In this document: in pieces, positions 12,760 to 25,338 of the stretch
Layout of the letters: each line of letters opens with the position of its first letter
How positions within the stretch are numbered: position 1 is the stretch's first letter
NCBI RefSeq assembly: GCF_964204645.1
Contig: NC_134026.1
Span: forward strand, 310,001 to 374,000
DNA length: 64,000 nt
Reading direction: 5' to 3'
DNA from: Tubulanus polymorphus
Lineage: Eukaryota; Animalia; Nemertea
Translations under genes and position numbers: made by a program
Notes under the pieces: model-generated
The model's database searches: none
What the model saw: only the letters and a program-made list of their open reading frames with translations
Told to the model about the DNA's origin: nothing

Positions 12760-14133
12760 CGGGGAGAGTTCATATCGAGAAAGACTAAATGTTATATTTT
12801 TTCATATCGTAATTCGCTTACATAAAACGGATCTACAAATAACTCTACGCAAGTTTACAGGGTTTTCGCGAGTTTTTTTATGATTACAATACGTACAATT
12901 TTACTTTATTTATTCATCCGTCTAACTGTGATATAAAATGCGTTCATCATATTATAACATATAAACATGTATTAATTGTTACATTCCGAGATGTAAAACT
13001 GCTAATTATGTTTTTTTATTTCTAATGCCGGTGATGTATGTTAACATAAGGCGGTAATCATTTTTGATGCCCTAGACAATTTTAAATGTGTATTTTATTC
13101 GTTTATTTAATGCATTAGTCCGTTTTGGTCTTAATCTCATAATTTCATGATCTCTAATGTGTAGGGATCGCGGGTTTTATTTTTCGATGAAAGTTCCGGG
13201 TTTATTTTAGCGCATTTTTGCAGGAAGCTTTTTCTATTCAAAAATGCGACATTTATTACGAGCATGTACGAGTGTTTCTAATAACAATGTTATCAGGTGA
13301 TTCTTATTCTAACAGTATGAAATGAGTTATCGAAGAATAATTCACATAATTATCATAGCTTTGATCAATAATCTACTGCCAAATATTAGATGATTTATTG
13401 CGAATAATTCATATAATTAATCATTAATTTATTGTATTTTTATTGAACTAACTCGATGCGTATCAATGTCATTATCACTAGTTTACTTATATTTCGATGT
13501 AAACAGCAATATTTATATTATGTATTTATTTGTACTGAACTGAATTTATTTTTTGCAATGTGTTATTTTTACATAGATAAATAAAATCGCCACTGCCAAG
13601 AAAACGATTCCTCCATTTTTACTAATCATGGATTTCAGCAATCGTGATTCGTCGAGGAGAGTTTTTCAATGTTTGAGAAACACTAACAAGATCTATGTAT
13701 TGCTTATAAGATGATGTCTGTTTATTCGATACTAACAAAAAATGCGCGATACTTTAAACTGCAACCGGTTAATATTTCAAATGAACACTTATAATACGGC
13801 TCGAGATAGCTACAACCAACAAACTGTCACTCCAACAGCTTTCAATTGTTTCCCTCTTATTATTGGATTTTCAGCCCAGTTGACGAGAGAATATCCGCAT
13901 AGATACAATCAACGTATAAAAGAGCAATCAGTTTGACGTGTTTCTAATCTTACCGGTCCAGATACCAACAGCCGATCTGTAGGGTTACCCCTAGAACGGA
14001 CTGCAGTGAACCTTCAAACTATCGCCGTCAACCCACTTATTAATAAATAAGAACGAAACAAATAGCTATGTTAAGCATTGGTATCAGATTTCTGGCTTCC
14101 GGCCTTGTCGCGGTACACTCACTCTCATACCAT

Positions 14134-14230
14134 ATAACGAGATAAATCCCACAATAAATTCAGCAAAAAATGAAAAGTTCTAGAGTAAAATGATTCATTT
14201 TTTAATTTATTGTGGGATTTCTCTAGTTAT
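14134..14230. mobile_element. Small fold-back / MITE-like inverted repeat
   Basis: ATAACGAGATAAATCCCACAATAAATT ... AATTTATTGTGGGATTTCTCTAGTTAT are reverse-complementary arms. Confidence 0.55.
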
Positions 14231-14688
14231 TCATCATACACGGATATTGTGATTTCATTATTATACCATATATTGATATGAAAACAGCCCATTTTCATTG
14301 ATTTCCGGTTTTTATCCTGTATCAATAATTCAATATAGCATATATTGGATTCCGTATGATATCAAATCGAGTAATAATGTATCACAATCAGTGAATAGCG
14401 TGTGGGCGATTTCGTTCCGGCATCGTGTGACTAAATCTATAAACTCGAAAGTTCTGAGCTGAATCGATGAATTCAATGTCATTTCGATTATAAAATGCCG
14501 TTTCGATTCTGCCCGTCACTTCTCATAAATATAGATCATTATGACCGTTTAAAGTAGATCAGTGATTATTTAATCGGGCGACTGACATGTGACATCATTA
14601 ATAAAAAGAAACGACACAGAATTTATATTTTGTGATGTACAGCGGTAGAATCACGTGAACACCGGGAACCGCCATTTAACTCACATCA

Positions 14689-14782
14689 CCCGAATCCCCT
14701 CCGAGGTAACCGAATCCCCTCCGAGATACCCGAATCCCCTCCGAGGTAACCGAGTCCCCTCCGAGGTACCCAAATTCCGAGG
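14689..14782. repeat. ~20-bp imperfect tandem repeat, ~4 copies
   Basis: CCGAATCCCCTCCGAGGTAA-like units. Confidence 0.85.
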
Positions 14783-15388
14783 CAGTCGGAGCGAGGATGG
14801 GTGCAGTAGGCGATCAGAGCACGACTATAGTTTCACGATGATTCAGTCGGATATTTTTCCTCAAGTCTCCAATCACGATGTATCATAGCTGCAGCGATTT
14901 CTCCTCTCGACAAGTTGTCAACGTGTATTTTTGCTATCGGTGATATATCAAATGTTATATTTCCTGTAAACGTCACGTCTTGTTTTACGGTAAATCTAAG
15001 CGCGCATTCTGATCACTTCCTTCCATTATATCAAAACGTAGAAAATAATTCTTATACATTTCGCTGTGAGTATCGATGATGCTGATAGAACCGATCACTG
15101 CTTCATTCTTAAAACGAGTATTTCAGTAATGAAGCTAGTGTATATTATATGTACAGTCACGTTTTGTTGCTAATCGTATGCAGAAAATAAAGCCTTATTT
15201 AAAGTGCGTTGTCTAGTAATTAACATCGCAAAATAGAATGTGCAAATATAATGTTTCTAACGTTACATTATTAAGAGGCGGAATTTTTCAATTTACAGAA
15301 ATAATCGTGATAAAGAAAACCATTTATCATACACTAAAAAGAATGGACAGATTTTGAATTGTTTTCCTCATGTTTTTGACGCGATGAT

Positions 15389-16784
15389 TCAGGGCACATA
15401 AGTCGGGTTTTTGAAAGTTTGAACCTCAGTTCGAGTTTCAGTTTCGCTTGATGTCACTGGTTGTTCGATGGATTTGATTTCGGTCCGTTCGATTTTTTCG
15501 CAAACCGTTTCAATCACCGCCGCCGTTTCTTCGTCTTTTTGATTCTTCTTGAAACATGGAATCAGTGTTTTTTCGACAGTCGCGTACGTGCAGTAGAAAC
15601 AAACTATAGCTAATGGAATCGATATCGAAGTTCCGATGATAATCTTCAGTTTGAAATTGGACGGATATTCGTAATATTTACCGCGAGCTCGATACGTATT
15701 CTGGGCTATTACTTTCTTTATAGGTGGCGCTGTGGTGGAACCTGTGGTCATATTAACTGGCGATTCGGTAGAAGTGTTTCTCATTGTTAGAATTCGTCGG
15801 CTTCGTCGTTTGAATATAGGTGGCGCCTTCTGACCCCATGTATACATTCCTTGTTTGGTCGTCCCATTTTCACGTATGATAAGATGGTTGCGAAATTCTT
15901 TACTGACAGTCGCCCCAGCTTCGGTCGCGCGCACCAAATGTACCCCTAAATAAACAAAGGAGAAAACTCAAATTACGCAAACCTCGCATTCAAATCTTTA
16001 ATCAAATAATTTAGAATTACAATTAACCACAAATTATCTTTTTAAATTGAAACAGTACTAAATTTGTAAGTGTCACGATATTCAGTGATAGACGAATTTG
16101 ATATATGAATTTCTGGAGAAATAGAGAAATAAAAAGCTAACAATTAACTGTATTTTGATGATGAGGATTCATCAGATTTTATAGAGTATTCTATTTAATT
16201 AAATTCGTTCCTGATATTAATGAATACATTCCAAAGTTGTGGTGGTTCATGGATGGATCAATACGCCTCGAATCGAGAACTAGACGATGCTGTAGTGTGT
16301 AAAACAGTATCGTAAAAAAAAGTATCGAAATCGGCGAACTTTAAATGTATATGTACGTTATGTTTAAATGCTATCGAATATTGATAATCACTTAAAATGC
16401 ACTGCAGCGCGTTACATATATATATAGACCCAGGGGAAATAGACTGAATTCTGGAATCAAATCCAACCGTACATGTACAGTACTGTGGAATATATTGCAT
16501 CCGGTTGCCAAAATTAAGTTAAATTTTTGTAAACTGGTTTCCATATTCAACCGTTGTATCCAATTGTTTTTGGTATAGACTATGTGTGTAATGAAAATTG
16601 TTCACATCAATGAAAACCTTTTTTAAGAAAATATCAATTTTGTTGTTGTAAATTTTTTGGTTAATATTTTTTGTAACGAACAATTTCATACGTGTATATT
16701 CTAAACCGATTTGCGACACTCACCTACAAATACAAATATCCATAACGATATTCCAGTAACTGACGAGCTGAACGGTTCATTCAT
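15389..16784 (-). CDS. Orphan single-pass membrane protein (~205 aa) with C-terminal FxNPxY motif
   Basis: Exons 16784-16724 and 15945-15389 (phase 1, 618 nt in frame). Signal peptide ...SLWIFVFVGVHLVRA, KRRSRR site, Thr-rich stalk, TM LKIIIGTSISIPLAIVCFYCTYA, tail ending FKNPTYVP. Confidence 0.75.
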
Positions 16785-17611
16785 TTCATAATTGATTCAA
16801 ACTAACATGCGAAACATATATCCTTTATAGAAAACCTCTTCTAAATGTACCGTACTATTTCTTGACATCAAGTACACTTCATTGTAATAATTAGATGGGA
16901 TCCTCGTCAGTAGTTTAAATGGACGACGCTTCAATCACTGAACTATATGATATATATATATATACGTTACGATCGGTTGCTAGTGATTCCACGCGATACT
17001 GCCATAATAATTCATCAAGTTCTATGTTTTGTTGATGCTGCGCCACTTGAATCATTTAGATTACTAAATCATTTATGATCGTTTTAATATCGAACTTAAA
17101 AGCGGCGTACTGTCCGCTTTTCATTTAGCTAATTAATTCTATGTAAGCCGTGCGTTGTTTTGGTATCTAGGCATACAATGTATGTTGTTGCTATTGTTTT
17201 TTTGTATTTTGTTTAAAAGATGTTTTGATAATGGAAATCAACTTATCAAATACCAAGAAAGTTGGCAAGACTCGTGGTAAAAACACTCGAGAAATAATCG
17301 AGATATGTTTGAATCACAGTTTTATTCGTATTTTAGAAATCGTTTTGTATACAAACAAATCTTAATCAATATTGCATGAAAAATAAAACACAAATACATT
17401 TCATTTTACCCGAACACAAGATTAATGAGTATAAAATAAGTTAACATTGTCAATTCAATACTCATTTAAATCCTAAAGAAGTCGTTGATTATTTTTTAGC
17501 ACAATTTGTATTTCCAATTCAATCGACTAAGAGTAAATCATCATTTGGATAACACAATCATCAAGTTTTATATTTATTTCACAGTTGATAAATCTCTATT
17601 ATCACAATCAT

Positions 17612-20600
17612 TCAATCATTTAATGATTTCTCATCATCCTGAGGTTTATTCTTATCGGTGTCATCATCAATCTGTTGAATCATCACCGATTGATCGAGAA
17701 ATTGAGATTTCCATTTCGATAAAACTTTGTCTAATCGTTTAATGAAATCGTCCACTTCGTTGATAGTCATTCCTATAGCAGCAGCAGCGGTTAAATACAC
17801 ACAGGGATATCGACTACTATGAGCTCCAAAACCGTCAAATTTAAATCCACTAATCTCTTTAACTTCCCCATGTGCGACAACCCTAGAAAACAAAATACAC
17901 ATATCCTATAATTCATGATGGTTGGTTAGAAACAGTTCTTGTCAACATAAGCGGTTACTGATCACAATCTGGAAAGATCTGAGCTCCACATTATTTGGCT
18001 TTAAAGGGATTATAATGCCAGACACTTTTCTTGAATTTTTCACAATTTTTTTAACAATTTTAGCAAACATTCACATATTTGACACCCGTGAAATTATGGC
18101 CAAGGAATCTTCATTGATTTGTTCATATGCGAGACTCTCTGACGAGGAGGAAGGTATTTTACCTAGTGCCGGAAACATTGCGTTTGAAGAGCATCGAACC
18201 AAACTGAGTCGCAGCAATAGAATCATCAACAGTTCCCACAGGTATCGTTAGACTCATACCTATTCATTAAAACATCAATTAGTTAATACATCATGTCTAA
18301 AGTTTTAAAACATCGTTTATACTCGATCAATAATGGACCATATTACATTTATCTACATCCTGGAAACAAAATACGTTTCCAATAAATTCAATTAGAAAAT
18401 AAATTTATGATGAAATAATTTTTAAGTCAATCTACAGTATTTAAAACGAAATGTCATCTCTTACCTAATGATATAGTATTACTGGGCGTATGAAGGACTC
18501 TTTCGCCGTGTTTGGCAGCACATTCTGATAATTGCTGTTTCAGATAGGTAAAAACTTCCTTCCTCTGTTTCAGCAAAGCTTTGTAACCGTTAGCGCCGAG
18601 CGATAGTAACGTGATGAATATATCTAGACTAGGTGTCCCTGACGCACGACCTCATTAAATATAAACAACTTAATTAAAACACTTTTTTATCTCTGTTTCT
18701 GATGATAAAACCTAAATTAAATTTCCTGTAAAATTTTTATGTATCTGCGGGGTTCTTAGATCAGCAAATCCAAACTTCCCTCAATTTCCTGACCCTTGAC
18801 GAAAGTTCCCTGATTTTAATTATAAGTCACACTCAGTGAGGACTAGTTCTCACCAAGAGGTTCCTTGTGCCACTCGTCACCAGCAAGAATGACAAGACAC
18901 CAAAAATTCAAATTCCCTATAATATTCTCTAGTTTTCGAGAAAAATATTCAAAATTCCCTGATTTTCCTGATCTGCAGGAACCCCGATCTTTTCGTTTAC
19001 CTGGATAAAATTTTCCAATCTCATCGATAAATTTACTATCGAATCCAGCTATCACAGCACCTCCAACCGGCACTAGAAAGTTCTTATCAGTGCTCTGTAT
19101 AAATGCATCTACACGTCCACATTTATGAGCCTGAAAGATAACAATATATCACAACTCAACTGTAAAATAGCCTCTATGAGTGATCTTAAAAACAGAGTTA
19201 AATACTCCTAAAGTTTCTAAATGTCTTGTCGCTTCATACCTGTTGTATAAGATGCATACATTTAGAGGATTGAATACCATAAGCGTTATTGACTAGGTGT
19301 GGAATGTCATGTGTACTGCATAATCTGCTAATCTCCTCTAACCTGAAATAAACAATCCATAAAAATAAATATTCAAACAAGATAGCCAGAAATATAGCAT
19401 CATCGTCGAACAACACTTTCTTACTTATCAGGCCCCCTCGGAGCAAAACAGCTAGTTGTGGAAAGAATACAAACTATATTTTCTGGACCGAGCTCCGTAA
19501 TTTTTGACTTCAAGTCTTCAACGTGCGTTCTTAATTCATCTCCTTGTAAATCGTTTTCAAGGACGATTGGCACGAAACCTATAGCAAAACATAAGCATCA
19601 TCAAATCTGTAAATAACAGCAATTCAGCGTTTATGATATTTCTATGAACCTGGTCATTTTAACATCATTTTCATGACTTTCCAGGTCTGGAATTTAACAT
19701 TTCAGTGAACAGCAAAAGCAAGATAAAATATTTTTCATACCCGCAGAAATTATAGCCTTGAAACATGATTTTTGGTCGATTCGAGGCCAAATGACGTATT
19801 TCGCTTTTGGTCGTCTAGGACGCAGAGCTAATAAACATAATACCATTGTCATCCCTGTTGCCATGGGGACTATAAAACCAGCCGTTACTGACTGCACACC
19901 TACGTAGAAAATAAAATTCAAAGATTGTGAATTCACAGCAGACACTGAACTAGCGGCATTTAAATACATGCCTGCTAATTTGATAATATCGATAGTTTTA
20001 AATACGTGCCTGCTAATTTGATAATATCGATAGTTTGAAATACATGCCTGCTAATTTGATAATATCGATAGTTTGAAATACATGCCTGCTAATTTGATAA
20101 TATCGAGCACCATTGCATTAGCGAGTTTCATAATTAGACTAGAACCAGCAGCTTTAGGTTGAACAGCTGTTATATCTCCAGAACGACCAATTCCATGACC
20201 TAACCTGAAAATATAACACACCGATCGGTTAATAGATCAATCTCATAGTTTCATTTAACAGGTTCCAAGAACAGCTAACTATCATAACTTGCTATTGATA
20301 TTTCTGATTGGGAAAATATCAAAAAGCACCAAAATCCATTCATAATTTATCAGATACTTAATCTTAAATCCGGCTAGTCTAATTTCTAATATGTTCCTCA
20401 AACAATGGTTGTAGGGGACCGTAACAACGTCTGGTATTCAGACTGGAATCAGGCTTATACCAAGCTCAAACTCTCACTTTCAGTTAAAGATGTTAAAACT
20501 GTTCAAATACCTGAAATGTCTTCTAGCCACTAATTGTGATACAATGCGAGCCTCACGTTCTCCAGCTCCGCAGTTATTCGGGAAATTATTACTGTCCATT

Positions 20601-21215
20601 AGAGATAAATCTTGTAACAACATTTCAATAGTTTCATCATCCCATCCTTCATTTGGTAGTTTTCTCTGAAACAAAAATTTTCAAAATCCCAGTGTGTAGA
20701 TTTGTAAGTACCGGAGTACCACAAAGGTTAAGCTACGGACCCGTGGGGCATTGTCTCGACAAATTATTGACGGAAAACCCGACAATTACATACCTAACTT
20801 ATATGAGTATTCCAGGACTCACTAATCTTACAACAAAAGTCGTAATTACTGTGATTGAAGAGATCACAGACACAAACTGGAGCACAGGGGCTCGTATTTG
20901 AATGAATAATTGAAGTTTGGGGTGAATTGTAGCTTAGATCATCCACAGTAGTACCAGGGTCCAGTTTCACAAAAAAGATTATTGGAGGACCTAAACTACA
21001 GTCCACCCCCAAACTTCAATCAAGTTAACAGTGGTTAAGTACGAGCCCTGGCCTGTGGTGGATGGAGAGTAAGTCGAATGATTATGAACTGAAGGACTTA
21101 CATGTTGCAGAAACACTTTCACGCGATTCTCTCTCGTTTTTAAAGCCTGACTCGCTTGTTCCACGTACGATGAAGGAATTATTTTTTCACACAGAGCAAA
21201 GTTGTTATCATTCAT
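17612..21215 (-). CDS. SEPSECS: O-phosphoseryl-tRNA(Sec) selenium transferase (~495 aa)
   Basis: 10 exons: 21215-21102, 20665-20511, 20204-20086, 19899-19741, 19578-19425, 19342-19240, 19130-19001, 18650-18465, 18259-18163, 17882-17612 = 1488 nt in frame. Motifs [61 protein letters not shown]. Confidence 0.97.
19962..20106. repeat. 38-bp tandem repeat spanning the SEPSECS exon 3 / intron 3 junction, ~3.8 copies
   Basis: Unit AAATACATGCCTGCTAATTTGATAATATCGATAGTTTG; each copy carries the AG|GCATGT donor on the minus strand (one copy reads GCACGT). Confidence 0.95.
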
Positions 21216-21566
21216 TTCAATTTCATCGGTGAAAAACCAAGCAAATCGAAAAATATATTATTCCATATCAGGCGCAACGACCTTGACTTGAAGTGGATAT
21301 CACTAAAATCCGAATAAGAAATTGGATATTGTGAAAACAAGGAGCTAACCTAACCCTAATTTTCGCTAGGTGACCGTACGGTGCTGCCACCAAGTTTGGG
21401 CTGATGAATAGTGCGATTGAGTCGGTGTATCGTTTACTTCCGGGTTCGGAAAAAATCGGAAGCGAAGCCCGAAAAGTCGATTCATCAAGTAACGAAATAA
21501 AATATAGACTCAATATTTACCACAGATAGACAACTAACTGAGGATTATCAGTATTAGTGATTAAAG
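21216..21566. promoter_or_regulatory. Bidirectional promoter region SEPSECS/TTC1, including a probable non-coding TTC1 exon 1
   Basis: Divergent ATGs 726 bp apart; ETS/GABP-type ACTTCCGG 21436 and CGGAAG 21457; donor AG|GTAAGA at 21566/21567; acceptor at 21926. Confidence 0.65.
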
Positions 21567-21940
21567 GTAAGATAAGTTTTCATGAACTTGTTCAAATCTA
21601 GAGGTTTCATTTCCTCGCTGTACTATTTACCAACAGAAACCGATGTCTGTCCTTCGCACTACACGTTATTGAGTGTCTAGTTTGGAACCCAAATTATCTA
21701 AAGCCCGAATCTGAAGTCATAAACGGTGAAATTTTGGCATCTATTTCAGTATTTCAACCTGGGCTTGGTTTTTTCAGTCACAGACTCACCCTCCTGCTGG
21801 ATTACAACCAATGTCCCATTGAAAGATTTCCCCAGTTCTACAATTTGCCTGAAATCATGAAACCCTGCCCCGTGGGTCGTATTTGGTAGGAAATAACCAA
21901 TTTGTATTGGTCTCCTTTATTTTCAGGATATACATTGAAC

Positions 21941-23653
21941 ATGGCTGATGAGTCGTCTTGTAGCACAGTGGATCAACAAACAGTGATTCAAATGATGGAT
22001 AAATTAGAAAATAAATTAGAAATAGTTGAAGATGAGGAATCAGAATTAGAATCCGAGGATTCATTGATGGACGATGATTTTCACGATGCTATCGATAATT
22101 TAGAAATCAAGTCTTCCGATGATCCGTGGCCTGAGGATAAATCTAATGAAACCATTCCTCAGAATTCAGACAATTTAAAAACTCCTGAAAAGTGTTCCGC
22201 TGAGGAATCGAAAAATGTGGATAATTGTGATAAAGACAACTCGAATACGGAATCGAATAAACAATCTTCGATTCCTACTGATACAGACAATCCTAGCGGT
22301 GCTGATGGTTGCGATGAGGCGGTGAAAGAAGCTTTACAAGATTCAGAGCAAGATTCTGAAACCGAGGAAGATGAAGATGGATTAAAGGAGCTGAAACTTC
22401 TCGAAGAAACATTGTCTGAACAAGAAAAAGAGGTAGGCGTGGCCTAAAGCCGAACTCCCATTTTTAATCCCAATTTGTATTTGCAATTCAATATCTGATT
22501 TTTTTTTTCAGGAAAGAAAAGAAAAGGCTCAAGAATTAAAAGCGCATGGAAATGAATTGTTTAAAGACACTCAGATTAACGAGGCTAAAGAAGAATACAC
22601 GAAAGCCTTGAAACTTTGCCCTCTGTGTTTTAAAAAGGAGAGATCAGTGATGTATTCTAATAGAGCAGCTTGTCATATGAGACTCGTAAGTTTGAACTTT
22701 CACATTTTACAGTTTTAGTCATAATGAATACATTGCAAAGGTCCTAAATTTTAAGGAGTCCCTCAGAATATCAGCTTAAATGGTAATAATGTACTGGCAA
22801 TCTTTTACCCAGAAGCCCAGAGAATTTCTTAGCTTGTGCCAAAGTTACATAATCTCCTGGGAAACATCCCGTAACATTCACACATTATACAGGCTCAACA
22901 CAGGCCGTTTTTAAATCAACCACTCGATGCGGAGCTCCCGCGTCGTATTTTCCTGGATGCGACCTTGCTTTACATCACCTGTATTTCTACCTATAGGAAA
23001 ATACCGATACTGCTATCAGCGATTGTTCTAAAGCAATTGAGCTAAATCCTCGTTACACTAAATGCGTCCTGCGTCGAGCGGAACTTTACGACAAAACCGA
23101 CAAATTAGACGAAGCTCTGAAAGATTTCGAAAAAGTCATCGAATTAGAACCGACTAATCAAACGGTTCGGATCGCTTGCATGGTAAGCATTCGTCATTAC
23201 GTGAATCAATTTCTGATATTCTACTTTTAATTTCATGAATATTTTTACAGCAACTTCCAGAGAGGATCAAAGAACGAAATGAAAAAATGAAAGAGGAAAT
23301 GTTAGGTAAGGTTTTGTAACTTTTCTTTGGTAAACTTTCGTCTTCTATTTGATCGTGAGGTCATTTGTAATGTACTTCTCATAATTAAGATTGTTTACAT
23401 GGAGTTTGAAAGGCAACAGTATGCAACCCAGCCGCTGAATTTTAAATCTTCCAAGTTGAAATACGTTTTAAAACATGTTTGGATTCTTTAATCTCGTTAT
23501 TGATGAATGAATACCATTTGTTTTAAAGGCAAACTGAAAGATCTCGGCAATATGATATTGAAACCATTCGGTTTATCAACGAACAACTTCAACCTGCAAC
23601 AAGATCCAAATTCTGGAGGATATTCTGTATCATTCAATAACAACGGAAAATGA
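21941..23653 (+). CDS. TTC1: Tetratricopeptide repeat protein 1 (~343 aa)
   Basis: Exons 21941-22432, 22512-22685, 22997-23182, 23251-23305, 23529-23653 = 1032 nt in frame. Acidic N-terminus, TPR segments ([35 protein letters not shown]), characteristic C-terminus [41 protein letters not shown]. Confidence 0.95.
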
Positions 23654-23917
23654 CGCAATTCAAACTCATTCATTTCATGTGTTGGTGCATAAATATTTGA
23701 CTAGTGGCGGAACGGAGGATTTTGTTTTTCTATCAGTGACTAGAAATAACGCATTTTCGCCAGGAAATCTTGTGCAAAGTGATCATAGGTTCAGCAGATA
23801 CAATGTATAGGTGTTATTTATTTCATAATAAATTATTTTATCATCGATCAATGATTAAATGTGTTGTTTATAGTTTGATGATGCAGTAATCTTTTCATGA
23901 GGTCAAACACACATTGA

Positions 23918-24110
23918 GCGGTCTTGGTAGCTCAGTGAGATATGGCGTGATGCTGTTGCGTTCACTATCAGTGCTGGTCCGAGTCCTGCTGGCTGCTTAC
24001 AGTGTGCGGGCAACACTTCAGAGGCTGTGGTCCCGTCATGAGGTTAAATGAATAATCCAATAGGTTTAGTCTTGGGAAACCACGATCCAAGCAACATAAA
24101 AGCCACACAA
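23918..24110 (+). mobile_element. tRNA-derived SINE (diverged)
   Basis: A-box-like GGTAGCTCAGTG and B-box-like GGTCCGAGTCC, followed by a body also present at 3762-3846. Confidence 0.65.
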
Positions 24111-24511
24111 AATGTATAGAATATAGGACCATCAAGTAAATATTTGGGCATCCGAGAGACAAAGTACCAGCAAAACCAGTTCACGGACTCTGAATAGCAG
24201 ACACATCTGAAACGGGAATTCTAACCACTAGACCATAGATCTGTGGTAATCACTCGTGTGTGTAAGTTTGTCTCGTATGTGATTTTGTATGTGTTCAGTT
24301 TGCTTAAAATCGATTTTCAGAATGCATCTTAAACAGTTTGTCAAACAGATTAAGTTAAACAGATAACTGGGGTAAACTGAGGACACATCAGTGTGGATAA
24401 TAATTGAATTTGCGTGCATTCGAACCAAATGGAATTTTTTGTGGCGTTGATCAGGTTCGAATCCCATCAGATAATTATTTCTTAAACTTGGCGGTAATAT
24501 TGGTACTTTTC

Positions 24512-24594
24512 ATTGGTCAGGATCAGTGACGTCACACTGTCAGTATAAAAACTCAGGTCAGCTGATCCCTCTTTCCAGTTCGGCCATTTCTCAG
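24512..24594 (+). promoter_or_regulatory. Pol II core promoter and short non-coding first exon of the orphan gene
   Basis: ATTGG 24512, CRE TGACGTCA 24527, TATAAAA 24544, Inr-like CCAGTT 24575, donor CAG|GTAAGC at 24594/24595, acceptor at 25212. Confidence 0.6.
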
Positions 24595-25338
24595 GTAAGC
24601 AAACGTCATCCATTTTATTTAATTCTTTCGACCAAATTTATTTATCAATCTTACTTGTAAATTTTATACATATAGACCTTAGGTTTCGCATACGGCTTTA
24701 TGTAAGACAATTTCAAGAGTTCCGAAAGTTCGGATTATATTATATAGGTGTTTAATTATGACATTTCCATTTTGACGTTCCTTTTGCCATAAATTGTCCA
24801 AATGGTGTTTTTAACATTTAGAAACAAGTTGCAACATTTGATTTGCAATTTCGCTCTCGTAATAATGAAGACGTTATTGTGATTTTATTGAGGAAATTTA
24901 TTAATTTTATTTATGAAATTTTCGGAAGCAGTTTTACTGCTGTTCAGATCTACGCGCTAAAGCGGCTAGTTGACATGCCTAGGTGTAATACACAGACAGC
25001 TCAGTCTATTCAACCATGACTCAAATCCATAGAAACCTTTCATTCGAATCGTCGTTCAACTTAATTCTTGTGGCTTCTATATTTAATATCTAGAAAATAA
25101 TAATGCCCAATAATTTAATTATTATTATTTGATATAAACTCGAGCTAGCTATTTCTTAGAATCAATAATTTTCGAATTTCTTGATTTTAATAACATTTGT
25201 TTTACATTGCAGTAACAGCAGCAGTTAATATAACCAGCGGCAGCAGCAAGACAACATCACCGATTGAACATTCCAACTACCAAACTACGAATACCACAAC
25301 TACAACTATATATATATATTACAACTCAACAGGACACC

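Noticed and set aside
17300-17611. SECIS element in the SEPSECS 3' UTR
   Set aside because: No in-frame TGA in the reconstructed CDS and no convincing SECIS stem seen.
17506-21012. Plus-strand and intronic ORFs overlapping SEPSECS
   Set aside because: Antisense shadows or intron read-through with no independent coding features.
23918-24000. Functional tRNA, possibly tRNA-Sec because of TTCA near SEPSECS
   Set aside because: No cloverleaf, degenerate B-box, and it continues into a body shared with another locus; better explained as a SINE.
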